Positions 38,174 through 46,051 of a stretch of 64,000 nucleotides of DNA are shown here, one piece after another (positions within the stretch are counted from its first letter, which is position 1; every line of letters begins with the position of its first letter). The translations under genes were made by a program, and so were the position numbers. Under the pieces are notes generated by a model, which was not told the DNA's origin, ran no database searches, and saw only the letters and a program-made list of their open reading frames with translations. The stretch comes from Paludibacteraceae bacterium. Its GTDB lineage: Bacteria > Bacteroidota > Bacteroidia > Bacteroidales > Paludibacteraceae. The stretch spans positions 4,613-68,612 of the forward strand of contig CAXXVQ010000010.1 in the NCBI GenBank assembly GCA_963662245.2, read 5' to 3'.

Positions 38174-38334
38174 TGTATTTTATTTGAATTTCTATTGAAT
38201 TTTTTTCTTTTTCTATTTATAATGCAGAATTAAAATCTTATAATTAACATACATGGATAGATTAGATTTCTTATTCACTGATGAGTACCGTAAACGGTTC
38301 TTAGAACTTGTAAATTACTAAGTTCAATCGGGGG

Positions 38335-38370
38335 GAGGTGGAGGCACGGGTGCTTGCCACCTCTTTTTTT
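38335..38370 (+). terminator. plus-strand intrinsic terminator inside the minus-strand early region
   Basis: GAGGTGG..GCA / TGC..CCACCTC hairpin followed by seven T on the plus strand. Confidence 0.5.
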
Positions 38371-38587
38371 AATAGAGAAGAGAGGCACACTTGCCACATG
38401 CTCCAAATCGAGCTACAAGTGGATGTTGGCGTCCGCAATATTGGCAGATGGTAGACTGTTTCTCTTTGCGTTCTTGTTCCTCTTTGCGAGCCTTGTCTCT
38501 GTCTGCCTTCATTTTGTCTTTGATGTGCTGAGGCAGGTTGTTTTGTGCCGTAATATCAAAGGTTAGACACTTGATTGATTCGTTCAT
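38369..38587 (-). CDS. small zinc-ribbon protein
   Basis: CQYCG...CGKC Cys pairs and a Lys/Glu-rich middle. Confidence 0.45.
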   Translation of the reverse strand: MNESIKCLTFDITAQNNLPQHIKDKMKADRDKARKEEQERKEKQSTICQYCGRQHPLVARFGACGKCASLLY

Positions 38588-38823
38588 TTCTTTGTGGTTT
38601 TAAATTGTGCTATTTTATTGAATTCATTGTCGCTGTAAGGTATTACGGTAGTTTTTATTTCCTTTTTTACTATTACAACCCTTTGGCCTTCACAGATAGG
38701 GCATTTTTTAATCTCGGGTTCTTTGTAGTTTAGCAAGTCGTCCTTATCGTATGCCAGTAATATGCCTGTGCCTCCACAATTTCGGCATAGTTCTATCTCA
38801 TTTCTAAAGCTTATTTGCAGCAT
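38584..38823 (-). CDS. small DnaJ-type zinc-finger protein
   Basis: CRNCGGTG and CPICEGQ (CxxCxGxG-like) motifs. Confidence 0.5.
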   Translation of the reverse strand: MLQISFRNEIELCRNCGGTGILLAYDKDDLLNYKEPEIKKCPICEGQRVVIVKKEIKTTVIPYSDNEFNKIAQFKTTKK

Positions 38824-38825
38824 AT

Positions 38826-39044
38826 TTATAAAGGTTTATAGTTTTCTTCAATGTATTTGCGTAGTAGGTGCGCTGCCTCTTCGAGTGCAAAGAGCTTCTC
38901 AATTGCTTCCTCTCGCTCTTCCAAATTGTTGAGGTCGTTCCATAGCTGTATAGAACGAAAACAGTCGCTTATGGTAAGCTTCATTATGCCATCTTCCATT
39001 ACTTTGGCATGATAGTTTGCCTTGGTTCTGTGGCTGCTTGGCAC
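38826..39044 (-). CDS. hypothetical protein
   Basis: 72-aa ORF. The start is uncertain; an internal ATG at 38999 is possible. Confidence 0.4.
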   Translation of the reverse strand: MPSSHRTKANYHAKVMEDGIMKLTISDCFRSIQLWNDLNNLEEREEAIEKLFALEEAAHLLRKYIEENYKPL

Positions 39045-39056
39045 TAGGAAGGCTTT

Positions 39057-39389
39057 TTATTGTATGTTAGTTGACTCATAATGTTCTTTTATAAAATCGT
39101 TTAACTGATAACTCTGCATATTACTGCAGATGCTTTTTACTGCAGGTGGATTGTGTTTCATATCCACTTCCAAAATTCCACCTCGGCAGGCTGGTGTGTA
39201 GAAACAAATACGCACTTTAAGGCAAGCTTCTACCCAGTACCAGTAACCATAACTCCAGTGTCCGTGTGCTGGTGCGTACTGGAACTTATCCTTATCGAAT
39301 TGTCGCCAGCTTTCGGGCACTGTAATGCGCTGAAAGAACTCGAGCGGTGTTTCGTCTGGGATGAGGGGTTTGCGTTGCTTCTTTTTCAT
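39057..39389 (-). CDS. hypothetical protein
   Basis: 110-aa ORF in the early operon. Confidence 0.45.
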   Translation of the reverse strand: MKKKQRKPLIPDETPLEFFQRITVPESWRQFDKDKFQYAPAHGHWSYGYWYWVEACLKVRICFYTPACRGGILEVDMKHNPPAVKSICSNMQSYQLNDFIKEHYESTNIQ

Positions 39390-39493
39390 TGTTTTGCTTA
39401 AAAATGCTCGTTGCTAAAGCTTTGGTGCGAACCTCACGAGCCGTGTTGCTATTATTTCTGATTGACATACTTGCTATGTGCAGTTTCGAGAAA

Positions 39494-39540
39494 TTGTCCC
39501 TATGGGCGGAATCGAACCGCCCACTTTGAACCGTTTAGGG
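39494..39540 (-). ncRNA. tRNA-like acceptor/T-arm minihelix
   Basis: Minus strand reads CCCTAAA-CGGTTCAAAGT-GGCGG-TTCGATT-CCGCC-CATAGGG-A-CAA. It has a T-loop consensus and 5 acceptor base pairs, and begins 2 nt after the stop at 39543. Confidence 0.4.
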
Positions 39541-39542
39541 TG

Positions 39543-40004
39543 TTAGTTTTCAACAGGTGCGACACCTTCTAGTGGCACATAGTTGTAAACATCTAGGATG
39601 TTTGTTTCTGTAAGTGTTGCCACTTCATAGTCGGCCATTGTGGTTTTTAAGCCTTTAAGTAAGTTATCTAAACCTGTTTTAAAGTCTTCAGCTTTTACCC
39701 ACATGTTGCTAGGCACTTTCTTTTCTACGCCTTTTTCTTCGTCGAGGCTCACGAATAGAACCTTGGCTCGATACCATTTGTCGGCATTAGCGTCTTCACT
39801 GTCGAACATCTCTGCGATGCGAACTCGTTTAACTCTCGAAATCAAGAAGTCGCCATTGATGAAAGGCTTCATTTCTTGCGTAATGCGAGCCTCGGCTTCG
39901 GTAAATGACATAGCATCCACCAAATAGGCCTCACTTGTGGTGATGATAATACCATCATCGCCTGTTTTGTCATACTTAATATGACATTCGAACCAACTGA
40001 ACAT
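39543..40004 (-). CDS. DUF4494-family protein
   Basis: WFECHIKYDKT..., YLVDAMSFTEAEARITQEM, ADKWYRAKV and TMADYEVATLTETNILDVY match the Bacteroidota DUF4494 pattern as I recall it. Confidence 0.55.
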   Translation of the reverse strand: MFSWFECHIKYDKTGDDGIIITTSEAYLVDAMSFTEAEARITQEMKPFINGDFLISRVKRVRIAEMFDSEDANADKWYRAKVLFVSLDEEKGVEKKVPSNMWVKAEDFKTGLDNLLKGLKTTMADYEVATLTETNILDVYNYVPLEGVAPVEN

Positions 40005-40048
40005 AAGCTTTTGTTTTAAGTGTTTATTAATAAAGAAAATACAATCTT

Positions 40049-40094
40049 TTGCTCCTAAGAGGGGAATCGAACCCCTCTAAAAAACCGTTTAGGA
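40049..40094 (-). ncRNA. tRNA-like acceptor/T-arm minihelix
   Basis: Minus strand reads TCCTAAA-CGGTTTTTTAG-AGGGG-TTCGATT-CCCCT-CTTAGGA-G-CAA. It begins immediately after the stop at 40095. Confidence 0.4.
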
Positions 40095-40757
40095 TTAGGC
40101 GTTTGACATGCTAAGGTTAATCCAAACATCTTTGCCATCGACTTTCATTTTGGCTTTGATGAAAGTGCTTGTTTTTTCGGGTCTGTAAGCCTCTTTGATA
40201 AGTCCAACGGCTTCCATCAGCTCAGTGTCTCCCGATTGTTCGGCTTGATTGTGAAGCTCTAGAACTCGCTGTGCTTTTGGCATACCTTCTTTGTTTGGTT
40301 TAAGCAAGTCTCGCACGATATTGGCCATCAACTGATTTTCGGGTGTGATTTGTTTCAGTATCCAATTGTTTACTTTTGCCACTCCCGAGGCTGCTAAGTC
40401 TTTGTCCCAACCGTCTACAATATTATGCCCGATGATGATTGTTTTTGAGTAGTCTAGGTTGCTTATTGAGTGGCTTTGTTGTGATTCAAATTCGTCATCT
40501 GATATTCCATAGACTTGCTTTTTAATCTCCATCAAATCCTTCGAGCCATTGTATAAGTTGGATTTGATAAGGCCTAAAATTCGTTCGGTACTCAATAATC
40601 GAGGGAAGTTCTTAGCGATGAACTCATCCTGTAGTGTGCGATAAGTCTTTTTGTCCTCTTGTTTCTTCTGTTTTTCTTGCTTTTCTTCAGCTGCAAGTTT
40701 TGATTTTAGCTCTGCTTTCTCTTTTGCAGATAACTTTGAATAATCGAAATTTTCCAT
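40095..40757 (-). CDS. DUF3164-family protein (Mu-like phage early protein)
   Basis: The C-terminal pattern LLKPNKEGMPKAQRVLELHN...EAVGLIKEAYRPEKTSTFIKAKMK resembles DUF3164 of Mu-like phages. It lies downstream of the B-like gene. Confidence 0.5.
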   Translation of the reverse strand: MENFDYSKLSAKEKAELKSKLAAEEKQEKQKKQEDKKTYRTLQDEFIAKNFPRLLSTERILGLIKSNLYNGSKDLMEIKKQVYGISDDEFESQQSHSISNLDYSKTIIIGHNIVDGWDKDLAASGVAKVNNWILKQITPENQLMANIVRDLLKPNKEGMPKAQRVLELHNQAEQSGDTELMEAVGLIKEAYRPEKTSTFIKAKMKVDGKDVWINLSMSNA

Positions 40758-40777
40758 GATAATAAGTTTTAAAGTGT

Positions 40778-40912
40778 TTATGAAAAAATAATTGTTGCTG
40801 TTAAAATGCCTATTCCTGCTATAAGGAGGGCTACGGAATAGGTGATTTCTTGTTTCTTTAGCTTCCGCTCGTTGTACTGGTCGAGCGGAAGGATAGGTCT
40901 ATGTTTTTTCAT
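40778..40912 (-). CDS. 44-aa single-TM micro-protein (below the ORF-track cutoff)
   Basis: Its ATG overlaps the upstream TGA (ATGA). Sequence: MKKHRPILPLDQYNERKLKKQEITYSVALLIAGIGILTATIIFS. Confidence 0.35.
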   Translation of the reverse strand: MKKHRPILPLDQYNERKLKKQEITYSVALLIAGIGILTATIIFS

Positions 40913-41166
40913 AGGCTATTTTGGGTTTTAAGTTTTAATATATCTTGCTCAATAGATGCCAGCTGCTTGCGTGGATTCGGCTCATTAAGCATGTTGTTGA
41001 AAGTGGCATAGCTACACCGAGCCACAGGCTGTATGTGCTTTTCGAACACTCGTTTGCGTATGCTTGTGTCGCTCTCATGCTCTTCGAGCAAGTCGATAAC
41101 AACGATGCAACGCTTCAAGTATGCAGCACGCCTTCCTAGTTCCATCTTTTTGAGCTTGTTGTTCAT
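40909..41166 (-). CDS. hypothetical protein
   Basis: 85-aa ORF, start-overlapped with the upstream gene. Confidence 0.45.
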   Translation of the reverse strand: MNNKLKKMELGRRAAYLKRCIVVIDLLEEHESDTSIRKRVFEKHIQPVARCSYATFNNMLNEPNPRKQLASIEQDILKLKTQNSL

Positions 41167-41645
41167 TAATTGAGTTTTGAGAGTGTTTCTATTTGTTGTT
41201 TTTCTTCTAAATCTTTAGCAAGTATGCTTTCCATTTTGCGGATGAATGATTTCATTTCATCGTCTGTCATGTTGTACATGCGTTTTCCTGCTATTTTGGG
41301 GTTTTCTAGGAATCGGTTCACGCAGTTCCAATCTGTTGTGTCTATGCCATGCTTTTGCAACCGTTTAAGTATTCCGCTGCGTAGCTTTCTTGTTTCATCG
41401 CTTACGGCTTGTTTGCCAGCCTTAGAACTTGGTTTTGCTGCCTGTTTTGCTGCTGGGAACTTTTGTTCTAAGTCGATTAGCATGGCTGTGTATGCACTTG
41501 GGTTCTTTTCTTTAAACTCATTTAAAGAAGTGGTTAGTTTGTTGGAATAGTCCCAAATGATGTCCTCTTTATCCGCTCCAACCATGCGAGCAAACACTGC
41601 ATAGAATCGAGCGTGTGGTGATGACTTTCTTTGTCTAGGCTGCAT
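41166..41645 (-). CDS. hypothetical early protein (possibly Mu gp16/GemA-like)
   Basis: 159 aa, positioned after the B-like ATPase. The family assignment is weak. Confidence 0.35.
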   Translation of the reverse strand: MQPRQRKSSPHARFYAVFARMVGADKEDIIWDYSNKLTTSLNEFKEKNPSAYTAMLIDLEQKFPAAKQAAKPSSKAGKQAVSDETRKLRSGILKRLQKHGIDTTDWNCVNRFLENPKIAGKRMYNMTDDEMKSFIRKMESILAKDLEEKQQIETLSKLN

Positions 41646-42561
41646 TGTGTTTAATTTTTAAGCGTTCTGATTTAACTAGGCGTTTGATACGACGAATATC
41701 TTCTACTACCGAAACACTTTGACCACCTTCTAATGTTATGCGTGAAGGCATACAAGCGTCGAAAATGCGTTTTTGAGTGTCTTTGTCTGCTACTCCGTTT
41801 ACTTCACAAATCTTGCGAGTGTCTGATAGTGTTGCTCCAACTAAATGGATGTATGTACGCCCAAAACGGCTGTCGAACTCATCATATCCTGGTTTATTAA
41901 GGCGAACGCCTCTTTTAATCTCATACTCTAGGTTTTCAGTGCCTAGAATAACCAAACCTAGGATATCTTCACACTCGTTAAATAAGTGAATGAATGTGCG
42001 CAATGCTGATGGTTTTAAGCTGTTTGCTTGGTCTACAACAAGTAGTGGTTTGGTGTGTACCGTTTTTTTGAATGTTTCGGCAATGCATTCTATTAATGCA
42101 TTTACAGAGGCATATCCTTTTGGCGTTTCAGCTCCGATTTCACGAGCAACTTCGTATAAGAAATTGCGTCCGCTCCACTCTTTACAGTTGATTTTGTACA
42201 CTCCATGTCGACGGAAATTGTTTAAAAATGCATTGCTGGTTGCTGTTTTTCCGCTTCCTGCTTTGTGAGCCACACCCATAAACATGCTTTCAGCTTTTGC
42301 ATCGGTAAGCACATCGGTAATGATGGTGTAATTTGTTATTTCCGCAATATTCCAATTGCCACTGTCAAAGTCATAACCAAGTGTGATGGCTATTTTCTTC
42401 AAGATTTCATCTTCATCAGCACCGTAATTTCCTTTGCGTAGCAATGAGATAGCCGTTTCGCTTATGCCACATTTTTTGGCAACTGCACGGTAAGAGCTTA
42501 GGCGTTCTTTTTCTTCGTCTATAAGCTCTAGGATGTCGTGTTTTTGTTGTTGACTTAGCAT
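41635..42561 (-). CDS. MuB-like AAA+ transposition ATPase
   Basis: N-terminal HTH (AKKCGISETAISLLRKG), Walker A GSGKT, Walker B LLVVDQ. It lies directly downstream of the transposase gene. Confidence 0.75.
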   Translation of the reverse strand: MLSQQQKHDILELIDEEKERLSSYRAVAKKCGISETAISLLRKGNYGADEDEILKKIAITLGYDFDSGNWNIAEITNYTIITDVLTDAKAESMFMGVAHKAGSGKTATSNAFLNNFRRHGVYKINCKEWSGRNFLYEVAREIGAETPKGYASVNALIECIAETFKKTVHTKPLLVVDQANSLKPSALRTFIHLFNECEDILGLVILGTENLEYEIKRGVRLNKPGYDEFDSRFGRTYIHLVGATLSDTRKICEVNGVADKDTQKRIFDACMPSRITLEGGQSVSVVEDIRRIKRLVKSERLKIKHNAA

Positions 42562-42585
42562 GTTGTTTTGTGTTTAAAGTGTTTG

Positions 42586-44559
42586 TTAATATTGATTTCG
42601 TATGTTAACCTTAATGTTTTCACCCTCGTCGTCCCATTCGCTGTGAAGGAATGCTGTTTCGCTGGCTTCGTATTGTTTTTTAGGAACTCTACCAGTTAGC
42701 AGTATGCCAGTTTCTTGGCTTATTTCTTCGGGTTCTGCCTCCGCTTGCATTATCTCTGCTAGGCGTTTTTTGCGATGATTGTCCATTTTTTCGCCTATGG
42801 ATTTCATTTTGCCTACGGCTCTCATGTCTTTTTTCGGACCATATTGTTGAGCCTCGATAATTCGACTAAATGTGCCCAGGTACTTTGCGCCATCATAGAG
42901 ATGTACTTTGTCTAAATCTTCTATATCAAAGCAGTTCCAAAGCTTTATTCCTGTGTATTTTTCGGCTATATCACAATCGTCTATGCCATAATAGTAAATA
43001 GCATTGTCTATTTGTGTTTGAATCATGTAGTTTCGTATTGAAACCTCTTTTCTAAGCCCAAATAGATACGCCCATTGATGGCCATTAATAGCTTTTGTGT
43101 TGGGCTTGGTGCAATCGAAATGCAGTTGCATTGGCGATTTGTCTATGAGTCGGTACTTGGTACTCCAATCGCAATAAGGTGTGCGTATGTAGTTGTCTAG
43201 TATCTTATCTGTTTCACGAATGGCATCGTCGAAGTTGAAGCCGTTTTTTGCTGCCCATTGGCGCATCTTAATCACATACTCTTTTGCTCTATGAGCGTAC
43301 TTGCGTGATGATTTTACACCCTCACCATAGTACAAATCGCTTTCTGCCATAAACACGGTTTGGAGTGTGCCCCACCAACGCTCTATGCGCCCTTTACCCT
43401 CGGGCTTAACGGTTTGTGTCATGGTTACACCCTCGTGTCTAAGTGTACTTTCGAGCCACATCCAGTCTGAAGTGTTGTGACCAGGAAAGCGGTCATATCT
43501 TAGTTCGTAAGGAAGATATCCAGTGTTTCTAACGGCCATTGCAATGGCGTTCATTACAGCATCGGCACTTTCTTCATAGCAATATTCCCAACCAAGTGGC
43601 AAACCGCTCATTACATCACGCACAGCGATAATGTAAAGGAACTTTTGAGAGGTAACACGCTTGCCTTCTTTGTTTAATACAGTGGCACGGTGGTCTATGA
43701 TATTGACACGAGTACCATCTATGTCCCAACAATCGCCAGCATAAAGAGCCGCAGCGGTTGGCGTATAGCTTCTGTATTTGTTATTGAAACGGCTGCGCTC
43801 TCCGTAGCGTTGTTGTATTAAGAATTGTGTTTCAGGTTTCGCCATAAAGTCGCTAACCCAGCGTTGCGATGGTATTTTGTCTAATCCGTGTTGTAGGCAG
43901 GTTGTGCGCAACTTGCGATATATGAATGAAGCTGTATAATTGCGTTGGCTATGACCTAGGTCGAATAGCCAGTTCAGCATCATGTCGTTGTTTGTGAATA
44001 GTGAGCGGTTTTCGTTTCCTTTGTTTTTAGCATACACCAATTCGTTTATCGGTGTGCCATCTGCATAGGCTTTAATCTTATCTCTAAGGTTTCTCCAGCT
44101 TACAGGCAGGTACTTTAAACCTTGTAGATCGATTTCCTTGCCCAGCTCATCAAAGAATTGGCTTTTGCTGTATGAAATGCCGTTGTTTTGAATGTAAACA
44201 AAGGCTTCGTGCACAACTGCAGCTGCTTTGGCTTCATCTTCATTCATGCCCTTTAAAAATGCTTTAAAGCCTCTGTAAATTGCATTTGCCACGATGTCAA
44301 CAATATAATTTCGTACTTCAACGGCACGCAATTGAAGTGTGCCTGGCTCGTCTAGCTTTACCGTAGTGGAACTAGGTAAGCTTGAGTAGCTGAAGTAACA
44401 GCGATTGGCAATAATCTCGTGCTTCCACGATTCTCCGCCTTTCTTAGCTCTCGATTTTGCTACTCTCAGATAGTCGGCCTTTACAGCCTCCTTTTTTATG
44501 AGGTAGTCTTGTGAAAGCCACAAGCTGTTGTTGTATAGTATAATATCGTTGTTTGTCAT
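42586..44559 (-). CDS. MuA-like DDE transposase
   Basis: 657 aa. Candidate D, D, E residues lie in the CWDIDGT, RYDRFPGHNTSDW and GKGRIERWW contexts (retroviral-integrase-like core). It is paired with the B-like ATPase. Confidence 0.85.
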   Translation of the reverse strand: MTNNDIILYNNSLWLSQDYLIKKEAVKADYLRVAKSRAKKGGESWKHEIIANRCYFSYSSLPSSTTVKLDEPGTLQLRAVEVRNYIVDIVANAIYRGFKAFLKGMNEDEAKAAAVVHEAFVYIQNNGISYSKSQFFDELGKEIDLQGLKYLPVSWRNLRDKIKAYADGTPINELVYAKNKGNENRSLFTNNDMMLNWLFDLGHSQRNYTASFIYRKLRTTCLQHGLDKIPSQRWVSDFMAKPETQFLIQQRYGERSRFNNKYRSYTPTAAALYAGDCWDIDGTRVNIIDHRATVLNKEGKRVTSQKFLYIIAVRDVMSGLPLGWEYCYEESADAVMNAIAMAVRNTGYLPYELRYDRFPGHNTSDWMWLESTLRHEGVTMTQTVKPEGKGRIERWWGTLQTVFMAESDLYYGEGVKSSRKYAHRAKEYVIKMRQWAAKNGFNFDDAIRETDKILDNYIRTPYCDWSTKYRLIDKSPMQLHFDCTKPNTKAINGHQWAYLFGLRKEVSIRNYMIQTQIDNAIYYYGIDDCDIAEKYTGIKLWNCFDIEDLDKVHLYDGAKYLGTFSRIIEAQQYGPKKDMRAVGKMKSIGEKMDNHRKKRLAEIMQAEAEPEEISQETGILLTGRVPKKQYEASETAFLHSEWDDEGENIKVNIRNQY

Positions 44560-44571
44560 TGAGTTGTGTGT

Positions 44572-44664
44572 TGGTGGTCGGTGGGAGAATCGAACTCCCT
44601 CTTAGGGTGGTAGAAATTGCTGCCTGAGTCAACAATACCTTGTGCGCCTTTACACTACCCGACC
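44572..44664 (-). ncRNA. 93-nt tRNA-like RNA with encoded CCA (non-canonical middle)
   Basis: Minus strand reads GGTCGGG...GGGAG-TTCGATT-CTCCC-ACCGACC-A-CCA. It has a 4-bp D-like stem and a central 6-bp helix with the 7-nt loop ACTCAGG. Confidence 0.45.
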
Positions 44665-44671
44665 TGCAATT

Positions 44672-44809
44672 TTACTTGCTGCTGTTTTCTTTAAATGCGT
44701 CTTTCCAATCCTGCCATGTGTAGTCTTTTACCAAGCTCCAGCACATAGCCCCACAACCGAGGGCAAAAAGTGCTACGATGGCGTAATAGATAAAGTCGTC
44801 TGCACTCAT
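44672..44809 (-). CDS. 45-aa single-TM micro-protein (below the ORF-track cutoff)
   Basis: Its ATG overlaps the upstream TGA (ATGA). Sequence: MSADDFIYYAIVALFALGCGAMCWSLVKDYTWQDWKDAFKENSSK. Confidence 0.4.
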   Translation of the reverse strand: MSADDFIYYAIVALFALGCGAMCWSLVKDYTWQDWKDAFKENSSK

Positions 44810-45003
44810 ACTGTTGTTGTTTTAATTGGTTTGCCGTACTTTTCTTTAGCGCATTGCATAATGCGGTCGTACATATCGCCTTTGCCCTCGTTTAGGTTGT
44901 TTTTTACCGTGTTGCGGTGCACTCCTAAGGCTTTGGCTACGCCCATTTTCCAGCCGTGAGGCATTACGGTAGGCAGTTGATATTCTACTTTAATGGTTGC
45001 CAT
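44806..45003 (-). CDS. Ner/Cro-like small HTH protein
   Basis: 65 aa with the HTH GVAKALGVHRNTVKNNL. It is positioned between the regulatory region and the transposase gene. Confidence 0.55.
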   Translation of the reverse strand: MATIKVEYQLPTVMPHGWKMGVAKALGVHRNTVKNNLNEGKGDMYDRIMQCAKEKYGKPIKTTTV

Positions 45004-45008
45004 GTTGG

Positions 45009-45527
45009 TTAGTTTATTTGGTTAGTATAAAACTCGATAAGCGATGCAAGGCGGTTGCGCACTCGACTGCTTTCTATTTTTACAATTTCACGGTAAGCAA
45101 GTATTTGGAAGGTAGAGCCTAGCTCTTGGTTGTCTGCTGGATGATATTCTAGCAGAGGGCTCTTTTTGCGTGGTTTTTCCATCTCTCGCAGTATCACTTT
45201 CTCTGCCCAGTTGCGAAACATCTTGGCATTATTGCTCTTTATAAAGAAGCCTAGGCGAATAATTCCTGCTTTTGTCCAATAGATTTGATGTGGTTGGAAG
45301 TTCTTTTGAAGGGTGTCAGTATTTCTGACACCCTTTGCTGTAGCGGTTAAAAAGTGTTCACCTTCAATAAGTTCATCAGCGTTTGCTCGTTTATGCTCTC
45401 TAATAGTTCCTTCTTTTACGCCATATCCTTTGGCTACATCAGCCGTAGGCATAAGGAACTCATACGATAGGTTGGGTATCACCGATACCTCCAAGCCATC
45501 TGCGATTTGTAATTTTAATTGTCTCAT
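45009..45527 (-). CDS. phage DNA-binding regulatory protein (Bro-N/KilA-N-like)
   Basis: Start moved to the ATG at 45527, because the longer ORF would cross the divergent promoter. WTKAGIIRLGFFIKSNNAKMFRNWAEKVI resembles Bro-N/ORF6N-type domains. Confidence 0.45.
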   Translation of the reverse strand: MRQLKLQIADGLEVSVIPNLSYEFLMPTADVAKGYGVKEGTIREHKRANADELIEGEHFLTATAKGVRNTDTLQKNFQPHQIYWTKAGIIRLGFFIKSNNAKMFRNWAEKVILREMEKPRKKSPLLEYHPADNQELGSTFQILAYREIVKIESSRVRNRLASLIEFYTNQIN

Positions 45528-45638
45528 ATACTTGTTTTGTTTAAAGTGTGTATATTTGTTTCGCTGTTCAAATGAACAACGATGCAAATATAGAAAATAT
45601 ATTTTCGATAAAACGAATGAAACGAAAATTAATTTACG
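45528..45638. promoter_or_regulatory. divergent early/repressor control region with a palindromic operator candidate
   Basis: Perfect palindrome TGTTCA-AA-TGAACA at 45565-45578, and tandem AAACGAA repeats at about 45610-45630. Confidence 0.4.
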
Positions 45639-46049
45639 ATGATTAAAGAAAGAATTATTCAAATAATTGAATATAAAGGCATTCCGAAAGAAAAGTTTTA
45701 TCAAAAGATAGGCATGACATCAGCTAATTTTAGGGGAGAAGCTAAGAGTAGACCACTAAATTCAAATGCAATCGAAAATATATTATCGGAAATACCTGAT
45801 TTAAATATCGAATGGCTCATAACAGGCAAAGGCAGCATGTTACAAGATATGGAGGTGCAAAAACCTCCTGATAAGATGGATGAAACGCCCACTATGTTGG
45901 CTATGATGGACAGGATACAGGAGCTTACCATTGAACTCTACGAGGCTAAAAAAGAGATAAGTAGGCTACAAAAAGAAAAAAAGGCTACGAAAACTCCTAG
46001 TTATGGTATTGCAGCCGAACCTGAATTGAAAACATTAAAACACAAATAG
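45639..46049 (+). CDS. phage repressor-like HTH protein
   Basis: N-terminal HTH plus the EWLITGKGSM motif common in Bacteroidota phage repressors, with a C-terminal coiled coil. It is divergent from the early operon. Confidence 0.6.
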   Translation: MIKERIIQIIEYKGIPKEKFYQKIGMTSANFRGEAKSRPLNSNAIENILSEIPDLNIEWLITGKGSMLQDMEVQKPPDKMDETPTMLAMMDRIQELTIELYEAKKEISRLQKEKKATKTPSYGIAAEPELKTLKHK

Positions 46050-46051
46050 AT

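Noticed and set aside
39494-40094. Reading the two T-arm-containing elements as full-length tRNA genes.
   Set aside because: Nothing resembling a D arm or anticodon arm lies between the acceptor-like strands; there is only a 10-11 nt linker. Extending upstream runs into coding sequence, with no complementary acceptor strand at tRNA distance.
44642-44959. The plus-strand 105-aa ORF.
   Set aside because: It overlaps the tRNA-like element, the 45-aa micro-ORF and the Ner-like gene on the opposite strand. It is a shadow ORF with no start context.
45528-45704. The N-terminal 59 codons of ORF 45009-45704.
   Set aside because: This low-complexity, hydrophobic translation of the AT-rich divergent promoter region overlaps the repressor gene's start. 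The internal ATG at 45527 gives a compact gene.
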